Below, piece after piece: positions 13,601 to 27,549 of a stretch of DNA of 64,000 bases. Both the position numbers and the translations under genes were made by a program. Within the stretch, counting starts at the first letter, position 1. Each line of letters starts with the position of its first letter. Origin of the DNA: Hamiltosporidium tvaerminnensis FI-OER-3-3 (Eukaryota; Fungi; Microsporidia). The notes beneath the pieces are model-generated. The model saw only the letters and a program-made list of their open reading frames with translations, was not told the origin of the DNA and did not search any database. The stretch is from NCBI GenBank assembly GCA_022605425.2, contig CM061250.1:62001-126000 (forward strand), in the 5' to 3' direction.

Positions 13601-16199
13601 TTATAAAAACAATTTTACTGCCAAATTTTAAGCATTTAACTAAATCTATTTTACAAGGATAGTATCCTTATTACATAGAAGTTTCTAAATTTGAAATTTT
13701 TTATTTATCTTGCTGACTTATTTGAAAATTCTCAAATTTTTAATTTTACGAGTATCAATCTTCGTTATATCTAAATTTAAATATTCTTATGCTACAAATA
13801 CCTGTATTTAACTCAAGTTTAGTCATCATCTAGAATTAAAATGTGTAAGGTATAAAAATTCTTTATTAAAATGTCTGATCTAAGATTATTAAGGTTTACA
13901 GCTACAATGTTGTTGGTATTTCGCCCCTACTAAATTACTAGTCATATAATAACCTTTCGATTTTTCTTTACTATCTTTTTAAGAGACTTCTCAATATTAA
14001 TCGCATTAAGAAGGTAATCATTATATATTCTATACAAGAGAAATTTTATTAGAATCTTAAATACTTTTTCTTGTATTATTTCAACTTTTCTGAAACAAAA
14101 AACTCAATTTCCATAATAAAATATTCGGTTTATCGCACACATTTAAAACGTACGCGCATTAATCTAATATTATTCATATTCTTCATTTTATATTTGTTGT
14201 ACAGAACTTTCTATTTTTCATTTATATTTTCAAGAAACAAGTAATATCATTTAAGAAATTTTAAAATTTCGTTTTATTACATTGGCAGGCTATAATATTT
14301 TTTAAAAAAAAATTAAATAAAATATTTTAATCGGTTTAAATAGATTGGTAAATTTGAGTGTACTTAGTATCCTAATTCATTAGTTTTTCTTTGGTAAATG
14401 CTATAATATATATTTAAAATTGGGTCAGGATTTAGTAAGGAATATGAGTTTTTAATTCTTTTGATTTTATAAAAGATTTTTAGCAGTACAGAGTAAAGAG
14501 TGATGTAAAATATATAGAGTTGTTTTAGAATGAAAAGAGAACTACGTAATTATTACGATTAGCTTTTCATTTATAAATTGATCTTTAACTAAAAAAAATG
14601 TTCTAAGGATTATTAGATTTATCAGTGAAATTCGATTTAAGTATTTTTTATTTCTTTTAGATTAAATCATTCATAAAGAATATAATATTTTAGATTATTT
14701 TAATGTTATTTTCTTCTTTTTTTTACATATTTTGGTCTGTATAGCGTTTTTTATAAATGAATTAGGGTCGAGTTTAAATTTTATACTTTCTTTCATTACT
14801 TGTTTTTTATCTAAGCCCAATTTTAAGTTCTTTACAGATATCTAAATTTATGTAAGCCATCTTAATACACTAATGACCGTAAAATTATGATATAATAAGG
14901 AAAGATGATATATATCAAGAGATATTGGATAAAATAAATTTATGAAGTATTTGTTGGGGATTTTTTTTCGAAATGTATTAATATTTGTTCAAAATTAAGA
15001 GACATAATGCGAAGTCGAATCAAACATCAAAGTTATTCTAAGAAGATTACACCTAATTGTACATAAAGTGATATTAATTTTTTATTATCATATATATATA
15101 TCTTTCTTGTTTTAAGATTATCCATTTAGTCGTTGCTTACTTTTTTTTAAGAATAAATGCTATATTTATTTGCTGTATCATAATTTATTTTGTAACTATC
15201 ATATATAATTTAAATTTTAATTATGTGCAATAATGTTATGAAATTTAAATTTTCATGTCCTGGGAATATATTAAACCGAATTCTAAATATTTTTAATTTT
15301 TTTGCTGTTATAATTTACCTTTAAAATCGCTACTTACTTATTTAATACATTATAGAAGCAACTGGGAAAAATATAAATATATATATTAAACCAATTTACA
15401 AAAAAATATATTTTTTATTTATTATTCTAATACGAAATGAGTTATTATATATACTGAATAATATTAATTATGTTAATGAAATTGATTTTTATTAGAGTTT
15501 TTGCTTTAAATTTGTTGATTAAACAAATTGATCAAAAAAGAGATTTACTAAATTCCGTGTATCTCTCTATATTAATATTCTTAGTGTATATCTTTATCTA
15601 AAAATTTGAAATAAGTTTAATTATTTGCAGAGTTTTCGATATTGTCTTTACTTGATTAGGTATCATTGCAGATTTTTACTTTTTTTATATAATTTTTAAG
15701 TTCTTTACGAAATCTAGAGCTAATTAATAAATTTACTCTAAATGTTTTCTAATAAGCAAAAAATGCACCTTAGATGAGAATAAAATATTATTATACCTTA
15801 TCAAGATATCATAAATAAATTGTTCAATACTCTATTTTTTCTATTATATATTCATTTCTAGATATATAAGTATCATTTTTGATCTTTTTTTATATCTACT
15901 AATTTATTGTAAACAATTTGAAATGAAAATTTCTTTTTGTATCCTAAAATTTTTCTGTTTCAGATTTTTCTTATAAAAATAAAAGAAAATGTATATTTTA
16001 AGAAATGTTTAAATATTCTCTTTTCTTTTATAAAATATATAAATTTTTAACAGTTACTAAATATAACTTTAATTAATTACTAATTAGTCATTTTAACATT
16101 CGAATTATCTAATTGTAATTTAAATTTGTTAGTATTTTTATACTAATCCGTACAAGATATTTTTTTCTAATAAAATAGGAATTTAAAATACTTCGTAGC

Positions 16200-19100
16200 A
16201 AAGAATCAAATTTTATTTTTTTGTAATTTAAATCCAAGGCAAAAGTAGTTTTAAAAGCATTGAAAAACTTTAAAGTTTTATTACAAAGCATACTTTTATG
16301 TTATCAATCTCTCATTGAAAATCGATGTTCTAATTGATTAAAATATTTTTTAAAATTGTATTTTTCTAAAAAACAAAATAAAAATCAAATTTGAATTTGT
16401 ATATTTGTAAATTCAGAATTTTATTTACTCAGCATAAAAAAAAACTGATCTAAAAAAATAAGGGTTGAGATACATTATATTCGTTTTAAGCTGTTTCGAA
16501 TCTAATCTTAGTAAATTTTTTATCTTTTTTCTTTTTGAAGTCTATTCTAGATATTTCTTAAAGATTGTAATTCAGCATCATCGTAAACTTATGAAAAATT
16601 AAAGTAATTTGCAAGAAATAAAAAAGAAAACTTTTTTATTGAAGTTCTTCTTTTAAAAACAATTGTGTGTATTAAAATAATTTGTGACACATTCTTCTGT
16701 TTTAAAAATTTGCTTTATCAACTTTAAATATATATTTCCAAGAATTTTAAAAAACCTATTGTTTAACTAGTATAAGTATGAGCAATTGATAATTGAAACC
16801 ATTTTTTATTTTAATAAGTTTTTTAGAATTTTCTGTGGAAATTAATGTTTTCATTACGTTTTTAAGAATATTTTTAATTTATTTTTAGATTTTCTAAATT
16901 TTAATAAAGTAAAAAACTATTAAGGTAATTTTTCAACGTATCATAATTCTTAGTTTTATAAAAATTCATTACTTAAATGTAGGTTTAAAATTGTATATTA
17001 GTAATACTATAATTAATACACGTAAAACTTACTATAAAATAGAATCAAGATTTCTAAGGTTAAAATACACAATACTTGACTATTTTATTCATTCCTTTGA
17101 ATATTTAATTGAAAAATAAAGAAAAGAAATAAATTTAAGCATATGTAGTATTTTATTTTTAAAAGTATATTCGTTCCAATAAAAAAACATAATTATTTGA
17201 GCCATAAGGCTATGCAAACCAGAATTAACATAAAAAAACTATACCTTGCATAAGATTGCATCTATGCATTTCAAATATCAAAGCTTAATACGAAGAAACT
17301 TTTAAATCTAATTTTTTCAAAAATATTTTTAGTTTCAATAGTTTTCTGGTTTTTATTGAATGGATTTAGAAAAAATTAAATTTATCTTTCAATATGAGCT
17401 CTATATACAATTAAAGTAAAATGTATTGCCTTAGCTTTTTTAAACGAACTTTATTTTTTAAAATTATATTCATATACGTCGAAATAATCTTTAAAAAGCA
17501 ATTAAAGGATTTAATTTGTTTTTATTATGTACTGCGCATTATATATTTACTATATATCTGTATGAAAAAGTACATGCATCATATTGGAAATCATCCAATG
17601 CTTCATTTAAACTGAAATATAGCCATTTTCGTATTGTATTATCTAAGAAGATATATTAAGGTGAATGCAAGTAAATTCGTTATATTCTATAACAAAGCAT
17701 ATCTTTGCATATATCTTAAATATCGGTTTTCAAATTACATATAGTGATGCATATTAGACAAGTTCTAATATATCTCGCATCCTTTATGGGTATTTTCACT
17801 TTAAGTTTATAAATTTTTTACTTCTATTAAGATTTTCATAAGTCACGATAGATTTTTTTAATTATTTAGAAACTTCAAATGTCGGTCAAATGTTGAAGGG
17901 TAGACACTGTGAATAGTAATTTATGAATGAGAATCGTTTAATTAATTTAAGGCTGTGTAGATTTCTGTTATAAAAGTTTGTGTAAAAGGTTTTATGTAGA
18001 TTTATTTCAAAATTTTCAAGTATTATTAGTTTTGGCTCAAGGTTTTTGTTGGATTTGTTTACATCAAATATATCTATATATAGCTATAAATCATGCAAAA
18101 GATAAATTTCCTGTTCTTATAAGGATACAACATAATTTAAATTGTTCCATATCTTGCTAAAATAATGAAATAAATTCATGGTACATAAAATTTGAATTTT
18201 TTTATAAAAAGTCTCATTTATTAAAGAATAGGATAGTTTGTTATCAAACTAACGACTTACAATTTTTAAATTTATATGAAAATTATTTTATTAATAATAA
18301 ATTATAAAATTACGAACCTTAGACACTATTCTTTTACTAATAATTTTAAGTACTTAGCTATTCTCTTTAGATTTCCTACAACAGTCACAATGGATAAAGC
18401 GAATCGTAAAACCTTATAAATAAATAATTTATAAAAAATTTACAATAAAACTTTATCATACCAAAGAAAAATTGAAATCTACAAAAGAATATAAAAATAT
18501 TCGTTATGTCATGATTTTCTTTAGGAATTTATTATATATCAAAACAAGTTGACAATATATACCAACCATGCCACAGAGATTTATTCATTTCTCATTAAGA
18601 GTAACTGTTTATTATAAAAAAGCTGGGATTAAAAGAAATACAAATGTATATCGACGCGTAACTCCTATAAAAATGTATAAGCAAAAAAATATCAATTGTT
18701 TAATAAATTTAAAACCAGAATTAACCGGTGAATGTTTTTATGCAAGGCTTCAACGTTCAATTTCAATAGCCATCTTCCCAAGCTCTTTATATTTTCTATC
18801 AACGTTTTATTAAAAGGGCCACCATCATTTAACTTATAAATTTTTAAAGAAAAATTTAAAATATTTTCTTTCTAAATTCTATCATGTAAAGGTACTTTTT
18901 CATATTTCCGTATTTTTAAGAACACATAAAATTATATTGTTCAAAAATAAATTTTTTACGCATTTAAGTTCTGTGCTCACCGCTACATAATATATTTTCT
19001 GTTTTTTAACCAAGAGGCATGGATTGTATTTACAATTTAACACCGAGTAAGGATTGTGGTTTGCTTTGTCATTTATATCTTTATATTACATATTTCCGCA

Positions 19101-20400
19101 TCAAATTTGATCATATAAAATCTGTATCAGTTTATCTAGATGTTTTTCAACCAATTATCAATATATTCGGTTACCTCAACCAGAGCTTTCTTCACGACCC
19201 GCCCCTTTGTATTAATAATTTGGCTATTTTGTATTAAATATCACAGATTTGACACTAATGTAGAAACAGGGTCGATTTGAACAAATTTAAAGAATTAATT
19301 AGAATATCTGGTTCGGATCCCATATTGAAACTTTTCTATTTGTATGTAAGATGATATTGGATTTTTCAATCAAACTTTCATTAGAATAATTAAGTAATAA
19401 TGCCAATTATCTATTTTTTTACATCTCATCCAAATAAGTATATACTTAATCTCATAAAGAAAAAATTGATATTTAATTATTGTTTAGATACATTCTTTGT
19501 ATGTATTTTAATTTTTCATTTTTTCCATTTTTCAGTCCACTTTTCTTCTTTTGCTTTTAATTTAATTTTTCTTTAAAGGAAGATCCGTTAAGATTCAAAA
19601 CAGTAAGGGTAAAAGGTTTGCAAAAATAGATGAAAGCAATCTTTAAAAAAAAATTATTCTTAAGCAGATTTATACAACAATAAAACTCCTAATATTCTAA
19701 ATATAGTTCTAAAGCTTATAATATTTATATTTTTTTATTGTTTCTACAATAAGGAAAATTTTACAGAAATGTAATTTCAATATATCAGCTTTCCATAAAT
19801 GATCCCAGTTTTTTTTTAACATTGGCAAATTTAAAAATTCACTAAAAATTAACTTCTAAAAATCCATTTGTATTGTAAGAGATCTTTAAAATAGAAGAAA
19901 ATTTTATTCTTAATGTTTTTAATTTATATCTTAGACGTAAATTTTCTTTTTTAGCTGTAAATCACAATTAAAAAGAATGGAAAATTATTTTAATGTGCTT
20001 ATATTGTAAAATACTCTAAAAAAATATTTCTTTTATATTTTGCTGTATGTAAGAGATTTTGGTCTAATTTTGATCTGTATTTTAATTAATAATTTTCGAA
20101 AAACTTTACTTTGTTATTCCTCTAACAGAATATACATTAAAAAGTTATATGTTAAAAGTTTAACAGAAACATATGGGAAGATAATTTATTTCTAAAGTAG
20201 ACAAACAGATATTCAAAGTTCGAGAAAATATTTTAGCTAAAAAATATTTAAATTAATTTCAAGTTATTAAAAACCTTTATATTTTTATATTCGGTTTAGA
20301 ACATTTAGAAACTATATAAAATACTTGGCAAAATATTAATCTTTGTTTTTAATTTCTGGCATGAATTTAAATATCTAAGACTTTTTTATCATTAAACGTT
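16200..20400 (-). pseudogene. Family B degenerate gene
   Basis: FHLFLQTFYPYCFE anchor at ~19595-19640; LRR-like remnants downstream (FTCIHLNISS at ~17645-17675; L*ELRVDI at ~18650). Confidence 0.4.
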
Positions 20401-20639
20401 AATAGATTGTTTTTTAGTAGTATAATCAGATATATTAATTAAATATCAAAAATTCTACTTTAAGCAATAATGTATGGAAATTTGAATCAAGTAGATGATT
20501 TTAGTAAAGTTAGACTTAATTTTTAAAAAAAAAGGCAAAATCAATGTAAATATCACGATTATGACACCAGCATATGATGATAGATTGACATATGTCCAGA
20601 TAAAAAAAATTTGAATAAATATTATAACAATGCGATGCT

Positions 20640-21360
20640 TGCGAGATTAAAAAAAGTATTTTACAAAAAACTGGTGAGGGAAATAACCAAAAAAAATACT
20701 TTTGCCTTAAAACTAAATATTGAAGGTTTAGTTGTACAATATTTTTTTAGTTTTTAGGTTGAGATAGATCTGCATAAAATATTCTGTTATTTGATAGTTG
20801 GTTGTTTTAAGATGTAAAGGATTTCGAAATTGCAAAACTTTTTCGAATCTATTTATATTTTTTTTTAATGTAACTAGATTTATAACTGCAGCTTAGTTTT
20901 TAGTCATTCGCGAAGAAATCTTCACTTTTATCACTCGAATTTGAGACTTAACACTTGGAAAAACACAAATTAAAATTTTTAAAGTTGAGGAACCTAAGAT
21001 GCAGGTTATACCTACCGTATGAAAATGCTACTTTCGGTTGAACCCATGTAATTCGCTGGGCTATATCTTAGATGTAGTCAAATAGAGTGGTAATGCTAAA
21101 GTAAGTCTAAAATCGGCATGGTCTTAGAGATACATAGAATAGCATTTGACTTACGATCAAATCTTAGTCAAGGGACTGCAACAAATATTCCAGACTGCAT
21201 TTGGAAAGAAATAGGTTGTTCTACGCGTTTTACGTGGTAATTCTTTTGATCTAAGAACAATTAAAGTACCGATAAAGTGTACGAGAAGCAGTCACTTATG
21301 TTAAATTTTGAACCTGTTACATCTAATTTGGCCAATAATGCATGCTTCAGGTACAAAAAT
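20640..21360 (+). pseudogene. Family C copy 1 (unknown protein)
   Basis: Paralog of 57000-57700: GCAGTCACTTATGTTAAATTTTGAAC (21288) vs GCTGTCACATATGTTAAACTCAGAAC (57652), both AVTYVK; ACTTACGATCAAATCTTAGTCAAG vs ACCTACAATCAAAACTTAGTAAAA (TYDQILVK/TYNQNLVK). Confidence 0.6.
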
Positions 21361-22299
21361 ATGAGATAGTTCAAAATCTGTTTTATGCTTAGCAGATACA
21401 ATTATTACATATGTTTCTTTTATTGCGATTTTCTGTACTTTAAATACCTTTTGGTTTTCTTAAGTCTTTATTCGACTTAATTTATATTTTTTTTATTTTT
21501 TATGTAATTAAAATTGTTTTTGAAAACCTGATTCTGATTAATAAAATTCATAATCTTTTACGTTAAAATTAGTAGTGATATTTTTTAGAAACACTACTTT
21601 AGAACACTAGGCTCTTTTGTAATTTGAACATCTTATACTCTCTTTTACTTCCTTGAACTGAATTATAATCTTATAGCTTTCTATATAATATTTACAAAAT
21701 TAAACGGTCTAAATTTACAAAAAAACTTTTCAAACTTAATATTCATATTAAAGTTTATTTTTTTTATCTTATTTGGCTTTTACTTTTTAAAGGAGTTGGT
21801 ATTTGATATATATTCAAACAAAATGTTACTTTTCGTTTGTATTTGCACAAAAATTCTATCTAAAATTAGAAATTTAAATTTCAATTAATTTAATTGTCTA
21901 GAATACTTTTTACTTTGGCCAAATACATCTTTTTAAATATACATCTTACTTAAGTTTTTTTTATCTATTTTCTCAAATACTGTGTCTATTCTTCAGTATT
22001 AATTCTGATATATTATGGTAAGTTCAATTGTATTGCATATTAGCAGTAGAATTATAATGACATACTTCAAAATAAATATTTATTTTTTATATGTAATTTT
22101 AAATTTAACTATCTTTGTGTTTGCTTTCCTTGTTATAAAAATATATATCTTAACTAAGTCTTTATTTCAGATACATAGTTCAAATTTATTAGTTAGTTTT
22201 TTATACTAACCCTTATACTGTATAAATAATATAGCCCCTTCATCGATATAAACCATTTCTGGTTCGTTTTTATGTTTAATTTGAATTTGATATAATTTA

Positions 22300-24830
22300 T
22301 ATGTGTTAAATTTTTAATCTGTCTCTAATATAAAAATTTGCATCATATTTTGACTTTTATTTACTTTTTTTTTCATCTTTAAGCTTTTTAGTTGAATTTT
22401 TTAGTTTATTATTTTTTTAGTTATATTTTCTAACTACAGAATGGTTCTTAAATTTAGTTTGTTGTTTTAAATTTCATTTGTTTATATCTTTTTACTTCTT
22501 ATAATTCAAAGTTTTTTATTCGAATCCACATTTCTTTTGATTGCTTAAATTCTTTTCGGATTATTCTTTTGTTACTCATTTACTAAGTTAAATTGGTTAC
22601 TTATGCAAGCAGTTTTTCTACTCATAAAACAAATCTAGTTCTTTTAATCTTAAAGTTATAGAATAAAAAACCATTTTATTTTCTAATAATCTATAATTTT
22701 ATCTTGTTTTCCTTAAACGCTTTAATTTTATAGTCATTTATCTTATAATTTATTTAATCATATCAATATGTTGCATTGGAATATATACTTAAGCATTTCC
22801 TCTTTTTATACGATTTTTAGTGGATAACCTTAATAGGCTTTTAAAATTTACCATAATTGGAAGTTTTTGAGTGTAAGGTATTGTAGGTTTTTTTATGTTC
22901 ATTTATTATATTCAGACTATTAAAACCATATTTAACCATTTTAAAATAAGGTTTTCTAATCTTGGTCATAATAAGTTGTGTTCAGTCTAAATATGGCCGT
23001 ATTAATTTTTGTGAAATTGTTCAGAAAAGCTCTCAGTATATTGTTACCAACATTAATCATATATGGGATTTATAGATAACTTTCGATTTCTATATAACTT
23101 GATATCATTATCCTTTCCTTAAATTGAGCAAAATACCAGTCATCTATTATAAATGTATTGTTTATGTTACTTAAAAAAACATAAATATATGCGAAAGAAA
23201 GATGTATATTTGAAAAGGTATTTTTATCATGTATTGAACTTTTCAATGAATTAATGAGAAAAGTATACTTATTCCTTTCTTGAAATGGATTATATTTTTA
23301 TAGATTTATAAGACATTAATTTATTATTCATATGTAATAAAATCCATAGGCAGTAGATTTTAATATTTAATTTGTCTCATTATATCCATATAAATAAATA
23401 TTTCATTTCATAATATATAGCCAGAGTGAACCAAATTGAATTTTTATAGAATAAATGTATTAAATGTTTAAATTTTGTAAGGTCTTTTTATTAAATCTAT
23501 ATACTATCTTAGTGCTAAGTTCGAAAGTATTGAATAAAACTAAATAGTATATTTAGAAAAACCTCTTGAAGTGATAACCTTATTTTATTTATATTACTTT
23601 CTATAAAAACTACATTTCAATAACTGTTTATGCATTAATTATTTGTTAATTTCAATGCGCTTGATTTATCTACCTAGGTTAATGACGATTGCTATAACTA
23701 TTTTTTAAAAGGTATGTATATCTATATTATTTTGGTTTTCTTAGATTTTTCACTTTCTTTGAAGCAATACGGATTAAAATAATTTGAATAATATTTTAAT
23801 TCTGGTATAAAGACAGAATGAATCTTTAATATATATAGTTCAGTAAAAACCATCATAATATAACTCATTTTATAATATATATTTTGACAATTAATATAAA
23901 GCTCGAGCAAATCTTCAAAAAATAAAGAAATGCCTATATTGGTGTGAATTAAAAGATAATGATTACATTTCGATATCTAAATATATTTATAGGTAGATAT
24001 TAAGGCAAACAAATAAAACAAAGTTTTATAATTTAATGAAACAAGTATTTGTAACTCATCAAATAAAATTTCTATGCTAGTATCTTTTGATTTATAGATT
24101 ATCATATGGAACTTAAATCTGTCTAATAAAAATATAAATAGAAAGACAAATGGTTATAAAAAATTAAATAAAGTGTGAATAGGGTTATAGGTTAAGGCAT
24201 CAGCTACGAGTGAGTTAAGACCATCTTAGTATGAAACTTCTGATTCTTCTTTGTATAAATAAAGATTAAATCTATAGTAAAGCAATATAAACAAAAGTCA
24301 CGATCAACATATACATTTACTGAAAAAATCGCAACTGAGAATATATATATCTTTCACAACCTATGCTAATTTGTATTATAAAAGTACATATGTAAGGTTA
24401 TTTACATGTGTTTCTATTATGATTCACACGGTAATGCCAATAAACTCATCCGGTCTTTGTTAAAGTCTGATTTAACTTAATAAGTGAATGATTTGACTTA
24501 GAATATATTGGTAAATACCTATACCAATATCATTAACTTAGATTACGATAACTCCAAGGAAAAGAGCCCAATTATGGGATACAATTGACTATTTGAAAGA
24601 ACTCGGCTTGAAGATGTATATCATAAAGAAAAAACGATAAAATATTATTTTATGATTTATAGGTTAAACTTTTAAAAACTAATAACTTTTATTTACTTTA
24701 ATAAAAAAACCTTATTCTTGTTAATTATCCTTACCTGTTTCGTATAAACGTATACAAAAACTTTTTGTCAATTTTGATACATGAGCGAGATTTAGGCTCT
24801 AACATAGATATGTATTCTTTTTATATAATG
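22300..24830 (-). pseudogene. Family A copy 2, without the retrotransposon
   Basis: Colinear with 3.1-5.96 kb. Track ORF 23722..23910 (NPYCFKE) is a surviving piece; also IPYMINVGNNILRAFLNNFTKINTAIFRLNTTY. Confidence 0.75.
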
Positions 24831-24834
24831 TGAT

Positions 24835-26950
24835 TCCATATCGTATTTTCAGATTCCCTCTACAATTATCTATGTTCTTTTATATAATTTGTAACCCTAA
24901 TCATCTATATATACCTTTCTTAGATATAAGTCTAGTTTTATTCCTACCTTCCGTCTTATATTAAATTTTTCTCTTCCACATAAAATTATTCCTCCTCTCA
25001 TAGAACAAACATTTATATACCCTTCACTAAAAGTATTTTCCTTACCTCCTATCCACATTCTTACCTTACATTACCATGATAATTCTTATTATCTGCTTAT
25101 AACCCCGTTTTTATATACTTGATTAGCCATCCAAGACAATCCTAGCCTTACCTCTCCCACACCTCTTCCCTATATAGTTCTTAACTCCTTGTCCTTTTTT
25201 CTCTACTATTATTCCTACCATAAAATTAACATTTATTCCTAATAACTTTTTTCTTAACAAATCATACTCTTTTACGGTTTAATAGCAATGCTATATTTTA
25301 CAAGACGTTTTAATACTCATCTCTTTATCTTAATTCATACTGAGTGCCTTTTCAAATATATCCTGTATTTGCCTAGAATTCAACAAACCTTATTCCCTAT
25401 CATTTCCTTACCCATACTTTTTTACTTTTATTTTTTAATTCGTTATCATACTTTACCTTTCCTTTCTCTATCTTTCCACTCTACATTTTTCTAATTTTTC
25501 CTATAATTTTTTTCTTTCTAAATTTCACATATCTATATATTTATAAAATTCTAATTTTATTCGTTACATATTGAAACTTACTTTATTCCCTAAGTATTCT
25601 ATCTACCTTTCTCCATATTTTTCTTCAATCTTTACACTAACTCTATTTTCATCCGCTAACTATTATCAATTCCGATGCCTTTGCTGTCTTTAATTTTATT
25701 TTTACTCTTACTTCTGATTCTGGAAACTTATTGTCAAATAAATTTTAAACGCAGTAAGTAAAATTCTGCTATTTGATTTTTACGCTTTTGGTGGCTTTAT
25801 CCTTCTTCTTACTAGTCTTGTATTTGTTTAAAATTAAGTTCAATATTTTTTTTACTTTCTCCTTATTTTTTACGTTCTTTTCTTTATTCTACTTTCACTA
25901 AAGTAAAGTTTTAATATTTCCCCCTCAGTAAAATTGCTTAAGATTTTGCTCTATTTTTTATTACATCCTAATATCGTTTATTTTTTATTTCTTACCCCTA
26001 TATATATTGTTTTCCTTAAATATAAATTGATATACGTTCCTTGATATAAATTCTTTTTATGGGTTGTCGATAAAATTTCTTGCATTCCTTGAAGATAAAT
26101 TTAAAAGAAATACTGGCTACATCTCTTATTTTTGTATAAATCATCATATTTTCCTATATAATTAGCTGATTCCTTTTTCTATGTCAAACATTGCAGTATC
26201 TTACTAATTACTTTTCTGAAGATACTCCTACAAATGAAGCTGCTTTTTCGCATTTTTCTGAAATATTTTAAACCCCAATTCAATCTTATCAAATGCGGTA
26301 TTTTTCATACTATTTTATCTCTCATAGTCTCTAAAAATGGCTATAATTCTTATTATCTATAACTAAATTTTCAAATATATTAAAACCGCCTTTTCTTACT
26401 GTCATTTTTATATTCCGTTATATCTTTTTTTCTTTCCAAATTTTTACATATATCAAAAAAAAATAGTCCCTTTGATTTTCTTACTATTTTCCTACTTGCT
26501 AAGCAGTATATAATGTACATATTTTTTTCATGCTTATAATCTGAAGTATTTTTAAATATTTGGTATTTTTCGCAAACTTATATTTTGCTTACATTTCTTA
26601 AGTCTGTACATATGTTTTCTAATTTTGCTACCAATTCTTCTTTTTAGTCATATTTATATCCGTTACACTATTTTTTGTAAAGATTTAGATTTTTATTATT
26701 ATTTTTTGGTTTATATATTAGAAACTTTAAATTTTTTTGGACATCACTAATATTTCAGTGAAATTTCTGCCCTGTTTTTTCTTCTTAAAGCACCGTTTCC
26801 TTTTTTTCATATTACATTACAAAGTCTTCTATTTTTTAAAAAACAGGCTTTGCTTGTTCCGATCATTACTTTTTCTATTTATCTGTATAGAATTTGATTT
26901 CACTAAATTTGAACAAAAAACATTAAAATTCGTGGAATACATACTTTACT
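24835..26950 (-). other. Strongly strand-skewed segment, probably a decayed K/E/R/G-rich coding sequence or mobile-element remnant
   Basis: Abrupt C>>G skew on + (25141-25200: 23 C vs 3 G). Minus-strand fragments such as EELVAKLENICTDLRNVSKI and YIGKRCGRGKARIVLDG; no family recognised. Confidence 0.35.
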
Positions 26951-27549
26951 TTTTCTCGTAATTAAGGAATAATATAAATTAACTAAATTAATTTTTACAT
27001 ATAAAAACAATGTTAGAGTATAGCAGGTGAATATATTTATTACTTCTCCTATTACAAATTAATAAATTTTTTTACCATTGATATTTATACCCTAGTAATT
27101 CTATGCAAAGCTTTACGATAAAATGTAGTACTGTGTAGACTAATACGAAAACAGAAATATCAATATACGGTGTTAATAAACAGATTCATAATACGTTTAA
27201 TTGTTTAAAAATTAATGAATTTTTTATAACGATTAGTTTCTAAAAAAATATAAATTGATTTAAATTAATGATACTGAAAAAATATATAAGAATACTGTGA
27301 GATTTAGAAATTTTCTAGATGGATTTTGTGACAAAATTTACTATTTTAACTGAATCTTAGTACAAATTTTAGAATAATTATTATTTGATTCGGATTTGTA
27401 ATGGCGTAAAATATTCAGTATATTTTGCATAAATTATCATGCGTAAACTACTTCCATGTGATTGTTATAAGAAATAACTGGAAACCAAAGTAGGAAATCA
27501 TCATAGTCCTCTTTAAATATTCTTTTAATCTTTTATTTTTTTTATTTTA

